A stretch of 64,000 bases of DNA from Pelodictyon luteolum (GCA_020721225.1 DYNE01000002.1:7728-71727); one strand, 5' to 3'. Positions 29,592 through 38,506 are shown, counted from the first letter of the stretch. Program-made: numbers and translations. Notes: a model not told the origin generated them from the sequence alone.

Positions 29592-30490
29592 TGCATCGCC
29601 TCGATGAAGGCTCCGGTTGCATTTCTAAGATTCTGCTGATAATCGCGCGAAAGAGGATCGACCGTTCCGACTACTCCGCCGATATCACGTGCGATTGCCT
29701 CGGCCTGAACCGTACTGAACTGCGGCGAAACAAAAATCACCCTGATACCGCTCGAACGCGCCTTCTCGATAACCTGACCAAGCTGCCGGGGAGTCAGCGT
29801 CTTACCTTCTTCTTCGGCTGCAATCTGTTCGAGACCGAATGCCGAGGCATAATACCCCCATGCCGGGTGAAATACGAGAAAACGCCTGTTCTTTACCGGA
29901 GCCAGACGTCCTTCGATTTCACGATGCAGCTGTTGCAGTTCTGAAACAAGTTTTACGGTATTAGCCTCATAGGCGACTTTATGGGACGGATCGGCAAGTA
30001 CGAGTGCATTCCGGATAGTACTGGCCATGATAACCCCATTCAGCGGAGACATCCAGTAGTGCGGGTCATTCCCCTCGTGATGATGAGCTTCCTGATCATG
30101 GTGCTCATGAGCATCACCGTTTTGCGGCATAGGCATCAGCCTCACCCCTTCAGAGGCATCGCAGACCCTCATGCCGGGGTTGAGAGAGAGAAAACGCGGC
30201 ATCCAGTCCAGCTCGAACTCGACTCCGGAACCGGCTTTAACGAAAAGCGATGCATCGCCGAGAGCCGCCATCTGTTTCGGCGTCGGTTCATAACTGTGAG
30301 GATTGCCTCCGGGAGGTACCATAACGGAAACGGAAACGGCATCTCCGCCGATCCTTTCTGCGAAATAAGCCAGAGGAGTGATAGAGGTGACAACCTGAAG
30401 TTTTCCCTTTTCTTGAGAGGGCGTACAGGCGCAGTGCAGCAGAAAAAGCAGCAGAAAAGAAAACAGAGTAGAGGATCTGTTGTTTATCAT
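29588..30490 (-). CDS. znuA: Zn ABC transporter substrate-binding protein (ZnuA) with His-rich loop
   Basis: PHSYEPTP, HEHHDQEAHHHEG, DPHYW, HPAWGY; start set at ATG 30490, which overlaps the zur stop. Confidence 0.9.
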   Translation of the reverse strand: MINNRSSTLFSFLLLFLLHCACTPSQEKGKLQVVTSITPLAYFAERIGGDAVSVSVMVPPGGNPHSYEPTPKQMAALGDASLFVKAGSGVEFELDWMPRFLSLNPGMRVCDASEGVRLMPMPQNGDAHEHHDQEAHHHEGNDPHYWMSPLNGVIMASTIRNALVLADPSHKVAYEANTVKLVSELQQLHREIEGRLAPVKNRRFLVFHPAWGYYASAFGLEQIAAEEEGKTLTPRQLGQVIEKARSSGIRVIFVSPQFSTVQAEAIARDIGGVVGTVDPLSRDYQQNLRNATGAFIEAMQ

Positions 30491-30921
30491 GTTGGATGCT
30501 CCCCGTTTGTTTCCGAAAGACAGGATGCGCAAATGCCCTCGGAATGCGTCGTATGAGAGAGCAATCTGTACCCGCCGACCATCATGCCGTCATGATAAGC
30601 GCCGTCATCAAAAGCTTCGATCCTGCCGCAGGCGACGCAGCAGATGCGATGCATATGGCGGTTTCCGTAGCTGCCACACAAAGCATACGAGCGTTCGCGA
30701 CCGAAACCTGCCAGGCGGCAGAGTATCCCGCATTCCGCCAGCGCCTCAAGATTACGGTAAACTCCAGGAAGTCCGCAACGGACAAACTGTTTCTTCAACT
30801 CCTTTTGTACCTGAAGAGGCGAAAGCGGCCTCGCACCGCCGGAAAAAAGCGCAATAATCGCAATACGACGGGGAGTGACCTTAAGACCGGCGCTCCTGAT
30901 TATTTCAAGGGCATTCTGCAT
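30487..30921 (-). CDS. zur: Fur-family regulator, probably Zur
   Basis: GLKVTPRR, VYRNL..L, HMH.ICCVACG, C-terminal HSEGICASC; heads the znuABC operon. Confidence 0.8.
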   Translation of the reverse strand: MQNALEIIRSAGLKVTPRRIAIIALFSGGARPLSPLQVQKELKKQFVRCGLPGVYRNLEALAECGILCRLAGFGRERSYALCGSYGNRHMHRICCVACGRIEAFDDGAYHDGMMVGGYRLLSHTTHSEGICASCLSETNGEHPT

Positions 30922-30953
30922 ATCTTAAACAGAAATTATTTCCATTTAAGATA
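30921..30953. promoter_or_regulatory. Candidate Zur operator (33-bp inverted repeat)
   Basis: TATCTTAAA-CA-GAAAT-T-ATTTC-CA-TTTAAGATA abutting the zur start codon. Confidence 0.65.
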
Positions 30954-30976
30954 GAGAAAAATAACGGGACTCCAAC

Positions 30977-31010
30977 AAAACCGGCAGCGCCAACAGCTGC
31001 CGGCTCTTTT
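30977..31010. terminator. Stem-loop terminator after leuA
   Basis: aaaaccggcagc-gccaaca-gctgccggctctttt. Confidence 0.65.
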
Positions 31011-31017
31011 CTTTTCG

Positions 31018-32706
31018 CTATGGAAGACGGTTCAGGGCGCTCATAATCGCCTTGATCGACGCAAGGCTGATATTGGAATCGATACCTGCTCCAAAAGAGA
31101 CCCTGCCGTCAGTACAACCGATCCTGATGTAGGCTACGGCAAGAGCCCCGGCACTTGAACCTATGGCATGCTCGGAATAGTTCTCGATACTGAACTCGAG
31201 ACCGCTCACATCGACAAAACCTTTGACGAACGCATCTACAGGACCGTTCCCTTTTGCATCAATATGGAACTCCCTGTCCTTCATCTGAACCGTACAGGTA
31301 ATGATGGTAGCCTCTTCGTCGTTACGGTCGGGGTCTTCGTCATCCCAGCTGATATGACATTTTTTCAATAAAAAAGGCTCGCTGAGCTTGACATACTCTT
31401 TATGAAAAAGATCGTGAATACGTTCCGGAGAAAGCTCCTCGCCGGTTCGGTCAGCGACAGCCTGAACGGCTTCGGCAAAATCGGGCTGCATCCATTTTGG
31501 GATCTGGATACCGTAATCCTGTTCGAGGACATAAGCGACACCTCCCTTTCCTGACTGGCTGTTGATACGTACGATCGCCTCATAGTTGCAGCCGACATCC
31601 TGCGGATCGATCGGCAGATATGGAACATCCCATACACCGTCCTTTGAGCCCTGAAGCGCTTTCATTCCCTTGCTGATAGCATCCTGATGCGAACCGGAAA
31701 ATGCCGTGTAAACCAGATCTCCGGCATAGGGGTGCCGCGGATGAACATCCATGCGGGTACATTTGCAGTAAACCTCGCGGATTCTCGGCAGATCGGAAAA
31801 ATCAAGTTCGGGATCGACTCCCTGACTGAAGAGGTTGAGGGCCATGGTGACAATATCCATATTCCCGCACCGCTCCCCATTACCGAAAAGCGCTCCCTCG
31901 ATCCGGTCGGCACCGGCCATGAGAGCGAGTTCGGCAGTCGCAACGGCAGTTCCCCGGTCGTTATGAGCATGGACGCTGATCAGCGCTGCGTTACGATTCC
32001 TGAGATTGCGGCTGAACCATTCGATACGGTCTGCATAGATATTTGGTCTCGACATTTCTACGGTCGAAGGCAGATTGAGAATGATTTTTTCGTGTTCATC
32101 CGCACCCCATGCGTCCATCACGGCATGACAGACTTCAAGAGCGTAGTCCAGTTCCGTACCGGTAAAACTTTCCGGGCTGTATTCGAACCGGATAGCCGAA
32201 TTGCCGCTCTCCTCCTTCAGCTGACGGACAAGCGTTGTCCCGATGACGGCAATATCCCTGATTTCATCCCTGTTTTTCCGGAAAACGACATCGCGCTGCT
32301 GACGGGAGGTAGAATTGTACAGGTGTACAATCACGCGATCGGCTCCCCGGACCGCTTCGAAAGTCTTCCTTATCAGATGCTCCCTTGCCTGGGTAAGCAC
32401 CTGAATGGTCACATCCGAAGGTATGAGATGCTGCTCGATAAGCCTGCGCACAAAGGCAAATTCCGTTGCCGATGCAGAAGGGAAACCGACCTCGATCTCC
32501 TTGAACCCTATAGAAACAAGAAGCTGGAACATGGCTACTTTCTCATCGACACTCATCGGGACGGGAAGAGCCTGATTACCGTCTCTCAGGTCCACGCTGC
32601 ACCAGACAGGCGCTTTGACAATCGTTTTGTCGGGCCATGTCCTTTCGGTAATTTCAACGGCAGGATAGGCGGTGTACTTCCGGTAATTCATCACGTTCTT
32701 TTTCAT
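31018..32706 (-). CDS. leuA: 2-isopropylmalate synthase (long, yeast/actinobacterial-type)
   Basis: RTWPDK, WCSVDLRDGNQAL, EIEVGFPSAS, HAHNDRG, RHPYAGDLV.TAFSGSHQDAI, GNGPVDAF. Confidence 0.96.
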   Translation of the reverse strand: MKKNVMNYRKYTAYPAVEITERTWPDKTIVKAPVWCSVDLRDGNQALPVPMSVDEKVAMFQLLVSIGFKEIEVGFPSASATEFAFVRRLIEQHLIPSDVTIQVLTQAREHLIRKTFEAVRGADRVIVHLYNSTSRQQRDVVFRKNRDEIRDIAVIGTTLVRQLKEESGNSAIRFEYSPESFTGTELDYALEVCHAVMDAWGADEHEKIILNLPSTVEMSRPNIYADRIEWFSRNLRNRNAALISVHAHNDRGTAVATAELALMAGADRIEGALFGNGERCGNMDIVTMALNLFSQGVDPELDFSDLPRIREVYCKCTRMDVHPRHPYAGDLVYTAFSGSHQDAISKGMKALQGSKDGVWDVPYLPIDPQDVGCNYEAIVRINSQSGKGGVAYVLEQDYGIQIPKWMQPDFAEAVQAVADRTGEELSPERIHDLFHKEYVKLSEPFLLKKCHISWDDEDPDRNDEEATIITCTVQMKDREFHIDAKGNGPVDAFVKGFVDVSGLEFSIENYSEHAIGSSAGALAVAYIRIGCTDGRVSFGAGIDSNISLASIKAIMSALNRLP

Positions 32707-32746
32707 TGCTGCTTGTCCTCTTGTTTATCCTTTTATAACTGAAACG

Positions 32747-32781
32747 AAAAAAGCCGCCAGCCCTGAGAGGCCGGCGGCTTT
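32747..32781 (-). terminator. Attenuator terminator of the leuA leader
   Basis: Minus strand AAAGCCGCCGGCC-TCTCA-GGGCTGGCGGCTTTTTT, about 40 bp upstream of the leuA start. Confidence 0.85.
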
Positions 32782-32811
32782 AAAAGCGGTTGTTTTCCTG
32801 CAGAAAACGAA

Positions 32812-32901
32812 CTAAAACGCACCTCCCCTTAGAGCCTCCCTGCTCCGGGGTAGTAGCAGGCCGAAGTCTGCCGTCTGTATGCTCTGGTTCGTGTAACGCA
32901 T
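32812..32901 (-). CDS. leuA leader peptide (29 aa)
   Basis: aaagga SD, then MRYTNQSIQTADFGLLLPRSREALRGGAF*, with tandem Leu codons CTG-CTA-CTA; lies directly before the terminator. Confidence 0.75.
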   Translation of the reverse strand: MRYTNQSIQTADFGLLLPRSREALRGGAF

Positions 32902-33056
32902 GATCCTTTCTGCTCGAAACTATAAAACGGGATATAAATATTATTCTGCCGTAATATAAAAAAATCTTTTTTGCCTGCAATGGCAGCTTTAGATGATGAA
33001 AACGATGCATAGTGCCAGAATGTTCCCGGACCGCTGTAAAGCAGAACGCCGGATCG

Positions 33057-33554
33057 CTATCTTCTTGCCGGAATAAGTTCCATGACTGTTCTCCCGTCAC
33101 TGTCGAAAAGAATCAGACGTCGCCCGGAGATAACATATGATACCGTACTGCGAAGTGCGCCGAGAAACTTCCGCTCCTGCTCCATGATCTTCGGTGAGCA
33201 TGCCATCCGCGTCGTACCGAGGGAACCGAAAGACAGCCTTTCTCCGCGAAGTTCATAGACTCCGTGAAAATCGTTGCAACCGGCAGAACCGCTCACGCTC
33301 CGCTCTCCTCCCCTCAGCAGAAAATGGGCATCCATTTTCTGACCGGGGAAAAATGAGGCTCTCTTTCCAAGAATTGCAATGGCACGCCAGGTCGTGCCGG
33401 GAACCCTTGCGACCGCATGCGGCGGTGGCGAACCGTCAGGTTTGGAATACTGAACGGAACATCCGGATGCCACGAACATAAACACAAAAAAAAGCACTGC
33501 TGCCGAAGCGAAAGAGCGACTGTTTGGAAAAGAGTGTGCCATAATGTACATCAT
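33057..33554 (-). CDS. META (HslJ-like) domain lipoprotein
   Basis: Lipobox-like ASGC; W....I.G, SGSAGCNDF.G.Y, TTRMAC, E..FL.AL, L.L. Confidence 0.8.
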   Translation of the reverse strand: MMYIMAHSFPNSRSFASAAVLFFVFMFVASGCSVQYSKPDGSPPPHAVARVPGTTWRAIAILGKRASFFPGQKMDAHFLLRGGERSVSGSAGCNDFHGVYELRGERLSFGSLGTTRMACSPKIMEQERKFLGALRSTVSYVISGRRLILFDSDGRTVMELIPARR

Positions 33555-33641
33555 TCTGGTGAGCGAATGGGTATGAACGGGCGAGAACTTATTTTCTCTA
33601 CCGTTCTTTCCTGCTGAAAGTTCACCGGGAGACCGGTGCCA

Positions 33642-34379
33642 CTACCCTATCCAGTGCTTGTTGATACTGCGGAGACTCAGCATGAAAAGCAGAAGGCAGA
33701 AACCTGCAAGCACCGAAAAATCGACCGATGGGGGCAGAAGCTGTTCGCCGCCGATGGCATGGTGCAGAATATCGACCCCATAGGTAAGCGGAAGCAGAAA
33801 GGATATCGGCTGCAGGAACAGAGGGAGAGCACTGACGGGAAAAAAAAGTCCACAAAGAAATATCATGGGAAACCGCACGAAATTCGAAAGGGTCTGAACC
33901 TCGAACACCTCGGTGGCAAGAATGGCGAGCAGCAGGCTGAGAAAAGTCGAAACCACGGCAATAAGCAGCACAGCCGGCACCGCCATGCCCCAGTCGGCGC
34001 CGGAAAGATCGGCGAACCAGAATCCGAGCAATACCGGGACAAGCGCGTTGAACATACCGAATAAAACCGCTCCCGAAGTTTTGGCCAGCATGAGAAGATA
34101 GAGCGGTATCGGCGAGAGCAGCAAACGCTCGAAGGCCTTTGCCTTTTTCTCGAAGGTGACGGCGACGGCAAGCATCGAACTGGTGCCGAACAGCACCGAC
34201 AGGGCGATCATGCCGGGAAGCACGGAAAGAAGCGAATGCGAATCCTGACCTGAACGGATAAGAAACATGCCTGTCCAGGCGAGGGGAAAAAGCAGACCCC
34301 AGCTCACATTCGGCGGTTTGAGGTAGTATGCCTGCATGTCCTTGCGGACAATGCTCCAGAAAGCTATCCAGGTTTTCAG
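33642..34379 (-). CDS. ABC-2 type exporter permease
   Basis: FEKKAKAFERLLLSP, F.CGLFFPV..LP, PLTY. The reading frame extends upstream of the track ATG (34337) as (L)KTWIAFWSIVRKD from a CTG at 34379. Confidence 0.85.
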   Translation of the reverse strand: MKTWIAFWSIVRKDMQAYYLKPPNVSWGLLFPLAWTGMFLIRSGQDSHSLLSVLPGMIALSVLFGTSSMLAVAVTFEKKAKAFERLLLSPIPLYLLMLAKTSGAVLFGMFNALVPVLLGFWFADLSGADWGMAVPAVLLIAVVSTFLSLLLAILATEVFEVQTLSNFVRFPMIFLCGLFFPVSALPLFLQPISFLLPLTYGVDILHHAIGGEQLLPPSVDFSVLAGFCLLLFMLSLRSINKHWIG

Positions 34380-35362
34380 CGCCTTCCCCTCCCTTCTTTT
34401 TCCTTCTGCATGTGTCCGGCTCCGATGCCCGTTATCTCGACGAAAACATCTTCAAGCGAAAGAACCCTTTTCTTCGCTTCAGTCACTTCTGCTCCGGCCT
34501 CTTCAAGAAACCTCACCAGTGCCCCGGTTTTCAAAGCCTCACCCGACTCAACCCTCAGTTCGCCGCCCGGAAGCATATGAAACTCAAGCAGGGGAAATGC
34601 GCGTTCGAGATCCATGAGCGGAACCTTCGCTGCGTCGGAAAACGAAACGATCAGCGCGTAACGGCCGTGAACCGGCTGCAGAAGACGTTCAACCGTATCG
34701 ATTCGGACGATTAAACCGTTGACGATAAATGCAATTCGGTCGCACAAGCGCTCGGCCTCATCGATGAAATGAGTTGTCATGAATATGGTAACCCCATTCC
34801 GGTGAAGATCGGAAAGCAATGAGCGTATCATACGGGAGCTTTCAACATCGATCCCCGATGTCGGTTCATCGAGAAACAGCAGCGGAGGATTGTGCATGAT
34901 CGCTGCCGCAATGACCAGCCTGCGCTTCATCCCTTTTGAATAGCCTGAAAACTTCCTCGATGCGGCAGCGCCGAGACCGAACAGTTCAAGAAGTTCCGAA
35001 GCCTTCCGGCGCCGCTCGTCACGGCGCATTCCGTACAACGCGCCGGAAAAGCAGAGATTCTCGAATCCGTTCAATTCAGGGTAAAGATTGCTTTCATCAG
35101 GTACAACCCCTATCAGATGCTGGGCCGCCTTCGGATTTTTGCTGCAGTCGATACCCCCGATCTCTATCGAACCGGCATCGGGCCGTGAAAGACCGGTGAG
35201 CATGGTCATTGCAGTTGTTTTCCCCGCGCCGTTCGGACCGAGAAAGCCGAACAGCTCGCCGGCGGCAACCTCGATGTCGACGCCCTGAACAGCCCGGACA
35301 TCGCCGAACCGTTTCTCCAGCCCCCTCGCCCTGATCGCCGCACCTGTCATGATGTTCATCAT
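34376..35362 (-). CDS. ABC exporter ATP-binding protein (DrrA/NodI-like)
   Basis: GPNGAGKTT, YSKGMKRR, FLDEPTSG, TTH, LEDVF. Confidence 0.93.
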   Translation of the reverse strand: MMNIMTGAAIRARGLEKRFGDVRAVQGVDIEVAAGELFGFLGPNGAGKTTAMTMLTGLSRPDAGSIEIGGIDCSKNPKAAQHLIGVVPDESNLYPELNGFENLCFSGALYGMRRDERRRKASELLELFGLGAAASRKFSGYSKGMKRRLVIAAAIMHNPPLLFLDEPTSGIDVESSRMIRSLLSDLHRNGVTIFMTTHFIDEAERLCDRIAFIVNGLIVRIDTVERLLQPVHGRYALIVSFSDAAKVPLMDLERAFPLLEFHMLPGGELRVESGEALKTGALVRFLEEAGAEVTEAKKRVLSLEDVFVEITGIGAGHMQKEKEGRGRR

Positions 35363-35400
35363 CGGAGCTTAATGCAATGAATGCTCCGGATGGCGAAACG

Positions 35401-35565
35401 TTAAGACCTGCAGCAGCATTTTTTCTTTTCGACAGGTTGTGAAGGAGTCTGGCAGGAGTGCTCTTCTGCAGCACCATGGCATTCATGGATCTGCTCCGGC
35501 GTACACTCTTCAGGTTTTCCTTTCAGTACTTCAGGTTTTTCGCAGCTGGTTTGCTCCCGGGTCAT
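35401..35565 (-). CDS. Cys/His-rich mini-protein (54 aa), putative metal-binding
   Basis: MTREQTSCEKPEVLKGKPEECTPEQIHECHGAAEEHSCQTPSQPVEKKKCCCRS (7 Cys, 3 His); co-oriented between arsR and the ABC genes. Confidence 0.65.
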   Translation of the reverse strand: MTREQTSCEKPEVLKGKPEECTPEQIHECHGAAEEHSCQTPSQPVEKKKCCCRS

Positions 35566-35627
35566 AAACATAGTGATCAATAGTTTACAAGTTTTTACAC
35601 AGTTACTTTTCTCACTTCTCAAAAAAA

Positions 35628-35912
35628 TCAGGTCTCTTCATACTGAAGCAGGCGATCGGCATCCTGCTTCAATCGGGCAAGCGCTTCCGCATTCACCCGG
35701 TAGTGCACGAAATAGCCTTTCTTATCCGCCAACACCAGATCGGCATCCCGAAGAATACGCAGATGCTGCGACACCGCTGCAGAGGTTATGCCGAGAGATT
35801 TTGCCAGAGCGTTGACGCAAAGCGAACGGCTCTTCAGCAATTCGATCATCTGCACCCTGGTTTCAACCGAAAGCACCTTGAATACCCTGGCTGTCCTGCC
35901 GATATCGGTCAC
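35628..35912 (-). CDS. ArsR/SmtB family transcriptional regulator
   Basis: FKVLS..TR..MI.LL, LCVNAL, ITSAAVSQHLRIL, KKGYFVHY; probable GTG start at 35912. Confidence 0.9.
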   Translation of the reverse strand: MTDIGRTARVFKVLSVETRVQMIELLKSRSLCVNALAKSLGITSAAVSQHLRILRDADLVLADKKGYFVHYRVNAEALARLKQDADRLLQYEET

Positions 35913-36009
35913 GCGAGCTTTTTTGATTAAGTGTGTGCGCAGATAATATATAATTATTTCAGGAAAAGACAATCGGCTGCCGCAACAAGCGAGCGTCCCA
36001 AAGGAACGC

Positions 36010-36963
36010 TCAGGGCTGAACTGCGTTCACCCGTCCCTCTCCCATCTCCGAGGCTTTGGCTTTCAGTGTTCGGAACTGGTCGCTGACAGCCTCGATTCTT
36101 GATTCCCATGCCGGATCGGGAACTGTGGATTCAGCCTCTTTCAGGAAGGTCAGCAGGGTGGAGGTACAGGCAACGGGATCGAACAGAATCCATTTTGCCG
36201 ATATGCCGAGAAAAAGAGCCAGAACAAAAAGGGCGAACTTCGCGAATGCCCAGGATGGAGGAAGAAACAGCGCGACCGCACCGAAAGGAACCATGAAAAC
36301 TATCGTCGTAACCACAACAAAAACGTAGCTCAGTAATGTCAGGGCCACGGCATTCTTAAGGAGCGGTTTCCATGACTGGCAGTAGATGAGAATTCCTGAT
36401 TTTGCGGCATCGAACACATTGGCGTTTTTAGTGCGGAAGGTATAGGCAATCACCGATTCATCTATATAGGTGAGGCTGAAGGTTACAATCCGCTGGACAA
36501 TCGAAGCGAGACCTTCAAGCGCCGGTATGGGTACCGCCTGCATAACGTTGAAAAGGGTACGGTTGAGTGAGGTGAGCACCCCTTTTATCAGCTGATCGAC
36601 AAGGGCAAGAACACTGACCTCCCTGAAATAGCTCATTACCCTCTCCTTTGCCCATGCGGTCTGGGAAATACCCGCTGGAAGCGAGCCATTTTCAACGATC
36701 TCGGTAATCAGGGCGATATGTCCGGCCTGAAGCAGATATAGGACGTACTCCCGTAATAACTTGAACCCGAATCCGCCCGCAAAGAGCGCAAGAAAAAACA
36801 GCACAGCCGCCGCGCCGCCGCCGAACACGCTGCCTATAAGGGCAAGAAAGCAGAGAAAAACTGCAACGCCGGCGACAAGAACGCCGTAAACCATAGCGCG
36901 ATAGAACAGATATGCGTTTGTCCGCATAACGATACCCATTGCCTCTCCAAGCTGTAAAGCCAT
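36010..36963 (-). CDS. Hypothetical integral membrane protein
   Basis: 317-aa ORF with about 4-5 hydrophobic segments; no family recognised. Confidence 0.75.
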   Translation of the reverse strand: MALQLGEAMGIVMRTNAYLFYRAMVYGVLVAGVAVFLCFLALIGSVFGGGAAAVLFFLALFAGGFGFKLLREYVLYLLQAGHIALITEIVENGSLPAGISQTAWAKERVMSYFREVSVLALVDQLIKGVLTSLNRTLFNVMQAVPIPALEGLASIVQRIVTFSLTYIDESVIAYTFRTKNANVFDAAKSGILIYCQSWKPLLKNAVALTLLSYVFVVVTTIVFMVPFGAVALFLPPSWAFAKFALFVLALFLGISAKWILFDPVACTSTLLTFLKEAESTVPDPAWESRIEAVSDQFRTLKAKASEMGEGRVNAVQP

Positions 36964-37007
36964 TCGTTACTCTCCTTTTTTTGTTCGGATAGGGATAACC
37001 TAGGGTT

Positions 37008-37919
37008 TCAGGGGTTTGACGAACCCTCTCCGGGCACAGGGTCGCTTCTTTCAGGAGGTTCGGCGGAATTCCCGTTCACGAACGGTCGCTCAGCCTCCTC
37101 CGAAGAACCGGCATCGGTACTGTCGCCTGAAGCCGCACCCTCAAGCAGATAATCGGGAACGCCCACGACAACGGTATCAACTGCGATCGTTTCGGCAGGA
37201 GGAGTCATAACCTCCTTATAATCGGGAAGCACGACGCCACGCCTTCTCATGATTGCATAGATCCGCTTTGCCCGGCTTCGAACGTAGCGTGAAGGGTTGA
37301 CCGGCGAAAATTTCAGCGGATTCGGCAGCACTGCGGCAAGACGGGCCGCCTGCTGGGCAGATAACCCCGAGGCGCTTACACCGTAATAGTGGCGGGCTGC
37401 AGCTTCGATACCGAATATGCCGTCCCCCCATTCCGCTACATTCACATACAGTTCAAGAATCCTGCGTTTCGTGAGGCTCTTTTCGATCCTCCAGGTCAGA
37501 ATCGCTTCCTTGATTTTACGGACAGGATTCTTCGACGGCGAAAGGAAAAGGTTTTTGGCCAGCTGCTGGCTTATGGTGCTCGCTCCCGACTCGAATTTCT
37601 TTGCCTCGATATTTTTTTCTATCGCCTTTTCAATGGCTTCATAATCGAACCCCTTATGCTCCCAGAATTTGTTATCCTCGGAGATCAGTACGGCTTTTAC
37701 CAGGTTTGGCGATACCCTGTCGAGCGGGACCCACCGCTGGATGATTTTCCTGTCGTCGAGCCCATCTTTTCTCCACTGGTCTTCACGGTACTCCATGAAT
37801 GCGGTAACAGAAGGGTTTACCGTCACAAGACGTCCAACATCAGGATAAACGAGGTAACGGGCGATGTCGAAAACTGTCAGCAACAGCAGGATGCCAATAA
37901 TATTTCTGATGAGCTTCAT
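37008..37919 (-). CDS. mtgA: Monofunctional peptidoglycan transglycosylase
   Basis: SED.KF..H.GFD, GASTISQQLAKNLFL, RKIKEA, K.RILELY.N, WGDGIFGIEAAA..Y, LPNP; start set at MKLIRN. Confidence 0.92.
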   Translation of the reverse strand: MKLIRNIIGILLLLTVFDIARYLVYPDVGRLVTVNPSVTAFMEYREDQWRKDGLDDRKIIQRWVPLDRVSPNLVKAVLISEDNKFWEHKGFDYEAIEKAIEKNIEAKKFESGASTISQQLAKNLFLSPSKNPVRKIKEAILTWRIEKSLTKRRILELYVNVAEWGDGIFGIEAAARHYYGVSASGLSAQQAARLAAVLPNPLKFSPVNPSRYVRSRAKRIYAIMRRRGVVLPDYKEVMTPPAETIAVDTVVVGVPDYLLEGAASGDSTDAGSSEEAERPFVNGNSAEPPERSDPVPGEGSSNP

Positions 37920-38095
37920 GCTTCGAGATATTGGAAAAAAGAGATAACCGTCATGTAAATAAGAAGATACCAAATAAAATACAGATGACATCGGCAGAGC
38001 TGAAAATTCTTATGTATCGTAATTTTTTCTTTACTTTCCACTTCTAACCACTCACCCCGAATATCTGTAATTTCAATTATAACAACGTTATTGTA

Positions 38096-38506
38096 ATGAA
38101 ACGAACATTGATCGCCCTGACCGTTCTTCTATTTTCGGCTCATGCGGCAGAGGGCGCCACGACGGCTGCCGAGGGAAAAGCGATTTTCGAGAGAAGCTGC
38201 AGCGTCTGCCACTCGGTCAATCCTCCTCCGAAAAGTGCCCCGCCTATCATGCCGATCGCAGCAGTCTATCATCGGCAGTTCCCCGACAAAGCGGAAGGAG
38301 TGAAACATATGGCAGCATTCATGAAATCGCCTGCAAAAGATAAATCGAAAGTCGATCCGGAAGCTATCAGCAGGTTCGGGCTGATGCCGCCAATGGCTCT
38401 CGGCGATGCGGAGCTTAATGCTGTTGCCGGCTGGGTCTGGGATCTGTACAATCTCAACAGCGGCATGGGAATGGGTACTGGCCAGAAAAACGAAAACTGC
38501 CAATGA
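38096..38506 (+). CDS. Monoheme class I cytochrome c, periplasmic
   Basis: Signal peptide (AHA-AE), CSVCH, APP, FGLMPPM (candidate axial Met). Confidence 0.85.
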   Translation: MKRTLIALTVLLFSAHAAEGATTAAEGKAIFERSCSVCHSVNPPPKSAPPIMPIAAVYHRQFPDKAEGVKHMAAFMKSPAKDKSKVDPEAISRFGLMPPMALGDAELNAVAGWVWDLYNLNSGMGMGTGQKNENCQ

